A stretch of 64,000 nt of DNA, from positions 21,677-85,676 of IMG/VR virus record IMGVR_UViG_3300021319_000137. The stretch is one strand, 5' to 3'. Every line of letters starts with the position of its first letter. Positions within the stretch are counted from its first letter, which is position 1. This document shows, piece after piece, positions 56,214 through 64,000 of the stretch. The translations under genes were made by a program, and so were the position numbers. This DNA comes from a virus (lineage: Duplodnaviria; Caudoviricetes). The notes under the pieces are model-generated. The model did no database searches. It saw only the letters and a list, made by a program, of their open reading frames with translations, and had not been told where the DNA came from.

Positions 56214-57608
56214 CTACTTCTTTGTGAGCATCCTGGTCAGCGCTTCTCGTTGCTCAGGAGTTAGACTATCAATAAGGCTCTCCAACTGTGATTCACTGCT
56301 GGTATCAAATATCTTCTCCATAGCTGCGTCTTCGACGCTCGTATCGAACTGGCCCATATACCCCTCGGTTGTTTTAAGTGACGAGTGGGCCAGCAACCCT
56401 TGGACCACCCCAGAGTTTGTCCCCTTATCCTTAGCTAGTTTAGCAAAGGAGTGTCGGCTCACGTGGAACGACATGTGCTTTTCAATGCCGGCCTTTTCAG
56501 CCAATTCCTTGAGGTGCTTGTTCAGCACGGCTGTTTTTGCCGAGATATCGTTGAAAAGAGCGGTCTTTAGCTCGACTGACATTGTGTCCTTTTCATCCTG
56601 TGTAACGGCCTTTGCATAGCCTTTGGCGTTGTCGAGCAGAGGAAAGATATAATCATCACGCTGCTTGTCTTCTGTGTTGTAGTTGCCCAAGATGGCTTTG
56701 GCTTGAGGAATAAGGATTAGATCTCTCATTTTATGGTTCTTGCCCATCTGGTAAGTTAATCGGCCGCCCTCGACGTTCCGCCAGCGCAACTGCAATAGGT
56801 CTCCGACTCTAATACCAGCACAATAGAAGCTGAAGAGGAAACAGTTCCGAGTATGCCATTGCATCGAGCCCTCTTCCAGGTCCAACTTGATAACACGGTC
56901 TATCTCATCGACCTCCAATTTATCCTTCGTAGTCGGGAGCCAATGGAACTCATAGTTCAGGAACGGATCTTTATCAGCACTCAGGAGCCCCAGCCTCACA
57001 GCTTTTCTCGTTAAGGTTCTGAATCGCTTCATGTTGTTAAGGACAGTGTTCTTGTTAAGAACCTTGTCCTTCTCTCTCTGGTTAGGTAGCCGCTGCAAGA
57101 ATTTCTCAAACTTATCAAGAAATGGGACAGTCAAATCAACAAACAAGATGTCAGGCATCCGCCGGGTTTTTCTGAACAACTCAAGTTTATGGGTCAAATC
57201 TCGAAACTGTTTCCAATAACGGATCTGGCCGTTACTGTGGAGATCCTCACAATGCTCTTTCGCGAATTCCAAGAAAGATGCAGCTACAGGCGCCTCTTCG
57301 ACCTTGGCTTTGATGAGATAGGGCGTGACCACTTCCTGTTCTTCAAGAATGTCACTATAAGCAGCTTTGGCTTCAGCTAACTCTTTTGCTAGTGTCACGT
57401 TTTTCTTAGCATACTCAGGGTCGCTCTGTCGAACCCAATTCTCGTTCCTTGCATTCTTATTGAACCAGTTTTTATTGGAAATCGTCACAGATGTTTTTAC
57501 ATACTTGTGCTTTCGGTCGAGTGTGATTCTAATATAAATCACATATTGGCCGGTGCGAGAACCACGGTTATCCAAGTGAAATCCGAATGAAATCCGTTTT
57601 GCTGCCAT
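56214..57608 (-). CDS. Tyrosine site-specific integrase (Bacteroidetes arm-binding + SAM-like + catalytic domains)
   Basis: CAGIRVGD (R), HVSRHSFA (HxxR), AHSSLKTTEGY (H, Y). Confidence 0.93.
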   Translation of the reverse strand: MAAKRISFGFHLDNRGSRTGQYVIYIRITLDRKHKYVKTSVTISNKNWFNKNARNENWVRQSDPEYAKKNVTLAKELAEAKAAYSDILEEQEVVTPYLIKAKVEEAPVAASFLEFAKEHCEDLHSNGQIRYWKQFRDLTHKLELFRKTRRMPDILFVDLTVPFLDKFEKFLQRLPNQREKDKVLNKNTVLNNMKRFRTLTRKAVRLGLLSADKDPFLNYEFHWLPTTKDKLEVDEIDRVIKLDLEEGSMQWHTRNCFLFSFYCAGIRVGDLLQLRWRNVEGGRLTYQMGKNHKMRDLILIPQAKAILGNYNTEDKQRDDYIFPLLDNAKGYAKAVTQDEKDTMSVELKTALFNDISAKTAVLNKHLKELAEKAGIEKHMSFHVSRHSFAKLAKDKGTNSGVVQGLLAHSSLKTTEGYMGQFDTSVEDAAMEKIFDTSSESQLESLIDSLTPEQREALTRMLTKK

Positions 57609-57678
57609 ATTCTTTACTTTTAAGTATTTTGAAAGATAACGTAACTTACAGACTGCAAAGGTACTAAATATCTCAATT

Positions 57679-57702
57679 TTACTAAAACATTTACTAAAAC
57701 AT
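57679..57702. repeat. Tandem 12-bp repeat, putative integrase arm-type sites
   Basis: ttactaaaacat x2 between the integrase start and the att core. Confidence 0.55.
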
Positions 57703-57814
57703 TTTACTGTAAATGCTGCTTTTTAAGGTTTTTTATGGCATTGGGGATTTTCATTAATTACCTCTATTTCAATCATTTGTAATCCTTAATGGGCAATAGT
57801 GGGCAACCTATCGT

Positions 57815-57832
57815 AGTCCGGCTCTGGGTACT
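57815..57832 (+). other. Putative att core: copy of a tRNA-Leu 3' end (not a full tRNA)
   Basis: AGT-CCGGC-TCTGGGT-A-C matches T-loop end, T-stem, acceptor strand and discriminator. Followed by a 9-bp IR (57836-57868) and ggtgttaa repeats (57881, 57892). Confidence 0.65.
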
Positions 57833-58043
57833 TAGAACACCTTGCAAGTCGTTGATTTACAAGGTGTTTTCTTTTTCTGAGGTGTTAAAAAGGTGTTAAT
57901 TTTGAACGTATAACAGAAAGTTGGTCAAAGAAACGAAAAGAGGGAAGATGAAAAGTTAAAGAAACGTAGTACATCACCCATTTCTTTCCTTTTCTCACTG
58001 AATTTGACTATCTTTGCACCGTAAATAGCAGTTAAGTTATAGT

Positions 58044-58967
58044 ATGAACGAACAGGAACAGGCAATAGCCAAGATTCAACAAACGTTGGATTATTGCATC
58101 CAGCAAACGCTGCGTTCGCTGGAAGATACCATTGAACGCAAAGCAGAAGTTCTTCCAGTTAATGAATTGACAGAAGTTGAGCGGAGCGAGTACACCCATG
58201 CCCTGGATGAACTCGCTGTCATCTATTCCAAGTTCCCTGCTGTTCGTAGTATCAAGAACTACATGCACCTTCCCAACTATCTTTGGGAAAGTACATTCAT
58301 TGAGTCCTTGACTATGGAAGAGAAACGTAAATGGTTTCACAACCATAGCCTTGCCACATACGATGATTTTTGCAAAGACAACACCATTTTTGATGAGTCA
58401 TTCCCCTACTTCTCTGTTGTCTATCAGGTTGTAGTCAATGAAAAGTACACTCAGTTTCTCAAAAAGAGGAATGACCAAAGGAACCTTAGTTCTTTCATCG
58501 TGATGGAGAAAGGTGAAAACTCTGTTTCCTCTAACCCCGAATCGATAACTGAACCTGCCACCGAAAATGTTCAAGTTGAGAAATACACTTTTGAACACTC
58601 GTTAAACGACCAACAAATTAACTCCTTGGTAGATTGTGTCAATGAGGTGCGGATGTTCAAAGGTGGCGAAGTGACCTTTGAACAACTGAAATCCATCTTT
58701 GATTGTCAGCCCATAGCTCCGCTCAGGTCAAGCAATAATCGTCTGTTAGCATTTTTCTTCGACCAACTTTCCAACCACTCATATATTACTGAAAAATGGC
58801 AATCGGCTATCTACAAGAACAACCTTTTCCTTTCGTCGCAGAAAGATTCCTTTGTAAACCAAACGGATATATCCACGGCTGTCAATCATTGCCGGGACAT
58901 TCTAATGAAAGGGAAGTTTGCTAAAATAAATCAGTATATCAACAATCTGAAAGGACTTTCAGAATAG
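58044..58967 (+). CDS. Hypothetical protein typical upstream of xis in Bacteroidales mobilizable elements
   Basis: 307 aa; C-terminal PLRSSNNRLLAFFFDQL...WQSAI. Confidence 0.7.
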   Translation: MNEQEQAIAKIQQTLDYCIQQTLRSLEDTIERKAEVLPVNELTEVERSEYTHALDELAVIYSKFPAVRSIKNYMHLPNYLWESTFIESLTMEEKRKWFHNHSLATYDDFCKDNTIFDESFPYFSVVYQVVVNEKYTQFLKKRNDQRNLSSFIVMEKGENSVSSNPESITEPATENVQVEKYTFEHSLNDQQINSLVDCVNEVRMFKGGEVTFEQLKSIFDCQPIAPLRSSNNRLLAFFFDQLSNHSYITEKWQSAIYKNNLFLSSQKDSFVNQTDISTAVNHCRDILMKGKFAKINQYINNLKGLSE

Positions 58968-59121
58968 GAAAAGACATCTAAGAAGCACAAAAACATTGAC
59001 AATGGGTTGACACATCAAACATTGTCAAACAATCTTCAAACTTATTAGCGATACCTTTGCCCCCGAATTCAAATTTCGGAGGGCGCGCACTCCTATTGTC
59101 TCATTTAATAATTATAGAAAT

Positions 59122-59406
59122 ATGGACGCTAATAAGTCAATTGAGCAACGCATCGAGGAACTGGAGTCCCTCGTCTATGCATCCAAGAACGTACTGAGCT
59201 TCGATGAAGCCAGCAAGTTCCTATCCTTGTCGAAGAGTTATCTCTACAAGTTAACCTCGGCGGGTCTCATTCCACACTACAAGCCTCAGGGCAAGATGAT
59301 CTATTTCGAGAAGAACATCCTCGAAGAATGGTTACGCCAGAACCCGGTCAAGACTCAAGCACAGATTGCCAGTGAAGCACAGAAGTATTTACTTAATCGA
59401 AAGTAG
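59122..59406 (+). CDS. Excisionase-like HTH_17 protein
   Basis: LSFDEASKFLSLSKSYLYKLTSAGLIPHYKPQGKMIYF. Confidence 0.88.
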   Translation: MDANKSIEQRIEELESLVYASKNVLSFDEASKFLSLSKSYLYKLTSAGLIPHYKPQGKMIYFEKNILEEWLRQNPVKTQAQIASEAQKYLLNRK

Positions 59407-59409
59407 GCA

Positions 59410-60516
59410 ATGGAAACACGTAACTATAATCCCAACGAGTCGATGACTAAGGACGAGTTCCGTGTCATATGGCAGTCCATCCACTTGAAAGTAACCGATG
59501 AGTATACCGTTCCACCTGAAACACTTCGGGTGAACGGTTCCACCATCGGTACACTTGGTAACTTCAGTGCATCTACAGGTAAGGCTAAAAGCAAGAAGAC
59601 CTTCAATGTATCGGCCATTGTAGCTGCAGCCCTGACCAATCGTGAGGTACTGTGCTACTCGGCATCATTCCCTGAAGACAAGCGCAAGATACTATACATT
59701 GACACAGAGCAAAGTAAGTTCCATTGCCAGAAGGTGATGAAACGTATTCTGCGATTGGCCGAATTGCCGACAAATGCTGATTGTCCTAATCTTCTTTTCG
59801 TTGCCATGCGAGAATTATCTCCCGAGAAACGAAGGACGGTCATTGACTACATGCTTTCCAACATAGAGGGCATCGGTTTGGTCGTTATTGATGGAATACG
59901 TGACCTGATGTATGACATCAACAATCCGACGGAATCCACGGAAATCATCAATTTGCTGATGCGATGGTCGAGCAGCTACAATCTGCACATTCATACAGTC
60001 CTCCATCTAAATAAAGGTGATGACAATACCCGTGGCCATATCGGAACCGAGTTAAACAACAAGGCAGAGACTGTCTTGCAGGTGACAAAGTGCCAGACGG
60101 ATGCCAACATCAGTGAGGTAAAAGCCATGCATATCCGTGACAAGGACTTTGAGCCGTTTGCTTTCCGTATCAATGAGGACTCTTTGCCGGAATTGATTGT
60201 TGGCTATGAATGTCAACAGAAAGCGGAGCGCATTGCGCTTACGGAACTGCCGGACGAGAAACACAAAGAAGCTCTTTGCATTGCTTTCGAGAAGGGCGCT
60301 ATCCAAGGTTACAACAATCTGATTGTCTCCTTGAAGCACGGTTATGCTTCCATAGGCTTTGAACGTGGGCGCAATACCCTGGTCACACTCAACAAGTGGC
60401 TGATGTCCCGTGATATTATTGTCAAACAAGACAAGACGTACAGTTTAGCATGGGGCATATATAGTGAGAATCAACATAAACCTAACCATCATAACCTCTT
60501 TGATTATGACCATTGA
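59410..60516 (+). CDS. AAA_25 / RecA-DnaB-like helicase ATPase
   Basis: GKAKSKKT, YIDTEQ, VVIDGIRD, VLHLNKG, RGHIGTEL. Confidence 0.82.
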   Translation: METRNYNPNESMTKDEFRVIWQSIHLKVTDEYTVPPETLRVNGSTIGTLGNFSASTGKAKSKKTFNVSAIVAAALTNREVLCYSASFPEDKRKILYIDTEQSKFHCQKVMKRILRLAELPTNADCPNLLFVAMRELSPEKRRTVIDYMLSNIEGIGLVVIDGIRDLMYDINNPTESTEIINLLMRWSSSYNLHIHTVLHLNKGDDNTRGHIGTELNNKAETVLQVTKCQTDANISEVKAMHIRDKDFEPFAFRINEDSLPELIVGYECQQKAERIALTELPDEKHKEALCIAFEKGAIQGYNNLIVSLKHGYASIGFERGRNTLVTLNKWLMSRDIIVKQDKTYSLAWGIYSENQHKPNHHNLFDYDH

Positions 60517-61390
60517 ACAAGCTAAGCAAATACGACTGGAAGATTTCTTGCAGTCACTCGGACACACTCCTGCTCGACAAAGGGGTAATAAGTTGTGGTA
60601 TCATTCGCCGTTGCACAGCGAAAGCACCCCATCGTTCAAAGTCAATACCAACCGAAACCAATGGTATGACTTCGGAATTGGTCGTGGTGGCAGCATTATC
60701 GACTTTGCCATATTGTACTATCGCACCACTGATATTTCTCAGGTTCTCAAACTGATTGAGCGTGAGTCTCCCACCACGGCTGTGATTCCAATTTCTTCCT
60801 GCCATCAACAGTCTTCGGAACCAAGTTTCAAGGATGTAGAAACAAAACCTCTGACACATTTCGCTTTGGAGGACTATATTAGGAAACGCAAGGTTGACAT
60901 CGACATCTGTCGCCAGCATTGCAACGAGACCCATTATTCTCTTGGTGACAAGCGATATTTTGCCATTGGGTTCCCTAACAAATCTGGCGGAAGCGAACTG
61001 CGCAATCCTTTCTTCAAAGGTTGTATACCTCCAAAGGATATCTCAGTCATCCGGCGCGAGCAGCACCGTAGCGAGTGCAGTGTCTTTGAGGGCTTCATGG
61101 ATTATCTGTCATTCCTAACCATGAAAAAGCGTGGGTATGCATATGGCCGTTTAAGCGAGGATCAGGATTTTATCATCTTGAACTCCGTCACAAATCTGCC
61201 AAAAGCCATCCCCCTTCTTGAAGGTTATGATCACATCTATTCGTTCCTCGACAACGACCACGCTGGACGTGAAACCCATGCGAAACTCGTAGAAGCGTAT
61301 GGCGATAATGTGATAAGCATGTCAGAGCATTTTGACGACTTCAAAGATGTCAATGACCTTTTATGTTGGATTGAGAATAAACATGAATGA
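60506..61390 (+). CDS. Primase-like protein (CHC2-type N-terminus + TOPRIM)
   Basis: SPLHSESTPSFKV..WYDFG, VFEGFMDYLS, FLDNDHAG, FKDVND; ATG 60506. Confidence 0.85.
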   Translation: MTIEQAKQIRLEDFLQSLGHTPARQRGNKLWYHSPLHSESTPSFKVNTNRNQWYDFGIGRGGSIIDFAILYYRTTDISQVLKLIERESPTTAVIPISSCHQQSSEPSFKDVETKPLTHFALEDYIRKRKVDIDICRQHCNETHYSLGDKRYFAIGFPNKSGGSELRNPFFKGCIPPKDISVIRREQHRSECSVFEGFMDYLSFLTMKKRGYAYGRLSEDQDFIILNSVTNLPKAIPLLEGYDHIYSFLDNDHAGRETHAKLVEAYGDNVISMSEHFDDFKDVNDLLCWIENKHE

Positions 61391-61396
61391 ACTTGT

Positions 61397-61474
61397 GAGT
61401 GCTATGCAAGAAGTGCCAATGTCGAACAAACGGCTTCGCTGCTAGTTCGCTTATTGGCTTTCTTGCAGACGCTC
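61397..61474. promoter_or_regulatory. oriT-like inverted repeat
   Basis: tgcaagaagtgccaat / attggctttcttgca between primase and mobC. Confidence 0.55.
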
Positions 61475-61522
61475 GCAGGCTCGCATCAGATTAACAATTA
61501 TCCATCAAAAACAGAATCAATA

Positions 61523-61900
61523 ATGAAACAGAACTCACATAAAAAGACCGTTGAAAAGACTTGCCTGGAATGTCGCTTAGCATTCCGGTTGTCAGCAAAA
61601 GAGAAACAAGAAATAGAGGCAAAGGCTAAGCTATGTGCGATGTCGCCAAGTAGGTATATTCGCAGATGTGTAGTGGGGCACAGTCCCAAACTCCATCTTA
61701 CGGAACAAGAGGCTAAAGCCTTCATCAGCTTGGCGAATGCCCGTGGCGACATTCTACACATCAAGAATGCCCTTAGTGGCAAAAGCCAGGAAGAACTGTT
61801 ACGCTACTTTCGTGACGCAAACTTCATGAACTATTGGATTCTTGCGACCGATAAACTCATCCGTCGCTGGTATGAAATCGAACGTCAATTATCAGAATAG
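61523..61900 (+). CDS. MobC-like relaxase accessory (RHH) protein
   Basis: FRLSAKEKQEIEAKAKLCAMSPSRYIR; ATG 61523. Confidence 0.75.
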   Translation: MKQNSHKKTVEKTCLECRLAFRLSAKEKQEIEAKAKLCAMSPSRYIRRCVVGHSPKLHLTEQEAKAFISLANARGDILHIKNALSGKSQEELLRYFRDANFMNYWILATDKLIRRWYEIERQLSE

Positions 61901-61903
61901 CCT

Positions 61904-63127
61904 ATGATAGCCAAAGCAAGATCCATTTCGCATGGAAGTATTTCCATCGACTACATTACTCGAATGGGAATGGCTGAGATTGTCAAACTCAACCATCTTC
62001 CCAAGGACGTTGAGGTGGAAGCCTGGTGGGCACACATGCAGGCTCACCAGATAAAGTTTCAGTATAAGCGTTCGAAGCATCGCCCGATGAAGAACTTCAT
62101 GATACGCATTGAGATTTCTCCCGCAAGGGAAGAAACCGAAGGCTTCACTCTTGCCGATTGGGAAAAACTGGCAGAGGACTTTATTAAGGCTTTCGATGCC
62201 ATTGACCTTTCAAAAATGACTGGCCGCACTTCCGCTGCTGGTACTAACATCGCCAACTCCCAATATGTTGTTTCTCTACACCGCGATAGTAAATCGGGCA
62301 TTGTCCACATGCATCTTGACTGTAATCGCATAGACATGGAAGGTAACGTGAACGACGATCACGACATCGGTATCAGGGCCACGATGGCAGCCAATGAAGT
62401 GACACGCCAACGTGGATGGGTACAAGCAGAGCAGCGTTCCGATGAAAACAAAGAGAGTATCACGCTTGACTGTATTAATGCACTTAAAGCCATGTCCAGA
62501 TTCTCATGGGATGTCTATGTTCAGGAACTCGCCGCCAAAGGTTACGACCTGAAACTACGTTATGACTCCAATGGGGTTGTAAGAGGTTATACCGTCCGCA
62601 TGGGCAACTCCATTTACAAGTCGTCTGAGTTGGGAAAGGGTCGCAACTTGATGCCCTCAAAGATTGAATCGACATGGCGTAAGCTGCATCCTTTGACTTC
62701 TAATGAGAACCGACTTCATTCAGGACAATCCTACAGTCCAAGGCACAGTGTTATTCCTCAGCCAAAGGTGTTGCCAAAAGTCGAGCAACCTATCTATTGC
62801 CTCCGCAAAGTAGATGTGGATGGTCACACCTATTCCATTGAAATCCCCGACAAGGCCCTTGATGCTATGAAGGATCAAGTTGCCAGTTTCAAGGTTAATG
62901 ATGAAATGTCCAACCACATTATCGATGTGGCTCTTTTGCTCTTCGCCAACTACATTGATGCAGCCACATCTATGTCCGAAAGTTGCGGTGGGGGTGGGAC
63001 TTCTCCATCCTCTGGTTGGGGAAAGGATGACGATGATGATTGGGAATGGGCAAAGCGTTGTGCTCAGATGGCCCATTCCATGGTAACAACGCCAAAGCCC
63101 AAAATACGTCGGAGCCGAGGAAGATAA
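61904..63127 (+). CDS. Relaxase/mobilization nuclease (MOB-P-like)
   Basis: DY in the N-terminus, IEISPA, LHRDSKSGIVHMHLDCNRID 3H motif. Confidence 0.88.
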   Translation: MIAKARSISHGSISIDYITRMGMAEIVKLNHLPKDVEVEAWWAHMQAHQIKFQYKRSKHRPMKNFMIRIEISPAREETEGFTLADWEKLAEDFIKAFDAIDLSKMTGRTSAAGTNIANSQYVVSLHRDSKSGIVHMHLDCNRIDMEGNVNDDHDIGIRATMAANEVTRQRGWVQAEQRSDENKESITLDCINALKAMSRFSWDVYVQELAAKGYDLKLRYDSNGVVRGYTVRMGNSIYKSSELGKGRNLMPSKIESTWRKLHPLTSNENRLHSGQSYSPRHSVIPQPKVLPKVEQPIYCLRKVDVDGHTYSIEIPDKALDAMKDQVASFKVNDEMSNHIIDVALLLFANYIDAATSMSESCGGGGTSPSSGWGKDDDDDWEWAKRCAQMAHSMVTTPKPKIRRSRGR

Positions 63128-63139
63128 AACAGAAAGCCT

Positions 63140-63724
63140 ATGAAGAAATACAACATCAACCAAGAGATTCCTGTGCCACCACCAATGCCTAAGGACACTG
63201 CGAACCCAGTCGAACACATGTTGAGCTCTATAGACCATCAGCATGAGTTCTCTCAGGAAGAGAAACGGCTGGAGGCCAAGATAGAATCATTGCGCCAAGC
63301 CGTTTCTGATTTGGATAGTCACATCACCTCTGCCAAGGAGATGTGTGACCGCATGATCGAACTTGGCAAAGTTATCGAGACTGGTTGCTCGAAACTCTGT
63401 GAGATAGCAGACTACATCACTGATTTGAAGCAGCAGATAGAAAACATGGTCATACCTGCCAAGATTACTCCAGACTCCTTTGAGGAAGTCAAAAAACGCG
63501 TTGACGATTTGATCCAGCAAGCTAATCAACTGTTGGAACGCCATCGACTTCAGCAACGCCAAGAGTGGAATGCACAAAACGACCACCTCAAATCTGTAGT
63601 CCGTGAAAACAAGGGAGTTTGGCTCTCCAACAAAGTATTTTGGTGGGCCATAGGCATCTTTGAAGTAACCGTGTGCCTTGCCATCTACTTCGGTGGTAAC
63701 GCTCTGCTATCCACCATTCGGTGA
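63140..63724 (+). CDS. Coiled-coil protein with C-terminal TM (MobB-like accessory)
   Basis: 194 aa; GVWLSNKVFWWAIGIFEVTVCLAIYFG. Confidence 0.65.
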   Translation: MKKYNINQEIPVPPPMPKDTANPVEHMLSSIDHQHEFSQEEKRLEAKIESLRQAVSDLDSHITSAKEMCDRMIELGKVIETGCSKLCEIADYITDLKQQIENMVIPAKITPDSFEEVKKRVDDLIQQANQLLERHRLQQRQEWNAQNDHLKSVVRENKGVWLSNKVFWWAIGIFEVTVCLAIYFGGNALLSTIR

Positions 63725-63737
63725 CAAACTAACAATG

Positions 63738-63774
63738 AAAAGCCCAGCTGACCATGTAAATCAGTTGGGCTTTT
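63738..63774. terminator. Bidirectional intrinsic terminator
   Basis: aaaagcccagctga / tcagttgggctttt between convergent genes. Confidence 0.75.
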
Positions 63775-63799
63775 TATAATTTTGCTTGAACACCAAGGC

Positions 63800-64000
63800 T
63801 TAAACTATTACTTCCCAGAAACCGCCTTTGTCTGGGCCTACTCGACGAACGATACCTTGCTCTTGTAGCTTCTTGATGTTTCTTGCAATGTTTCTCCTGT
63901 CAACACCTATGATTTCAGCCATTTTAGAGGTTGAAATATAAGGATCCTCCTTTATCAAGTCTATAATTTTCTGTGACGTTTTCTGTGACGTTTTCTGTGA
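63800..64000 (-). CDS. C-terminal wHTH of a Fic/AlbA/RecG-C-type protein (5' part outside window)
   Basis: SQKTSQKTSQKIIDLIKEDPYISTSKMAEIIGVDRRNIARNIKKLQEQGIVRRVGPDKGGFWEVIV*. Confidence 0.75.
   Translation of the reverse strand, partial: SQKTSQKTSQKIIDLIKEDPYISTSKMAEIIGVDRRNIARNIKKLQEQGIVRRVGPDKGGFWEVIV

Larger units (their letters stand above)
57833..64000 (+). mobile_element. NBU-like integrative mobilizable element (continues beyond the window)
   Basis: Xis, AAA_25, primase, oriT-like IR, MobC and relaxase gene order starting at the att site. Confidence 0.75.

Noticed and set aside
57815-57832. A complete tRNA gene
   Set aside because: Only the T-loop end and acceptor 3' strand are present; there is no D-arm or anticodon arm upstream
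63967-64000. 12-bp tandem repeat (ttttctgtgacg) as a CRISPR, iteron or att arm
   Set aside because: It is in frame on the minus strand as SQKT repeats preceding a wHTH, a common coding low-complexity linker; there are no spacers

Overview
This looks like a Bacteroidales (Prevotella-like) accessory region with no housekeeping genes and three nested or tandem mobile layers. (1) 1 to ~27680 is the right part of a Mu-like transposable siphoprophage. It carries a DGR reverse transcriptase (5'-truncated by the window), a frameshifted adenine methylase, a leftward head-packaging operon and a rightward capsid/lysis/tail operon. That operon ends in a 1912-aa adhesin with a C-terminal DGR variable region about 26.6 kb from the RT, followed by Mu-type end repeats and a terminal CA. 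The portal gene ends in a textbook -1 frameshift signal that would fuse it to the MuF/toxin-like ORF. (2) ~27.7-57.8 kb is a cargo island. It holds a Gabija-like pair and two paralogous AAA+/PD-(D/E)XK ATPases, each preceded by a 12-12-12 palindrome. It also holds a DUF3871/peptidase/serine-recombinase module, and a ~300-nt structured leader followed by an unusual 8-gene operon: degenerate EF-Tu fused to TerB-like repeats, GrpE-like, Hsp70-like, HerA/FtsK-like ATPase, HExxH zincin and three small ORFs. That operon is the best candidate for an undescribed system. The island ends with a Xis/integrase module at a tRNA-Leu-3'-like att site. (3) 57.8-64 kb is an NBU-like mobilizable element (Xis, AAA_25, primase, oriT, MobC, relaxase). 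All family assignments come from motif recognition by eye; no database searches were run.
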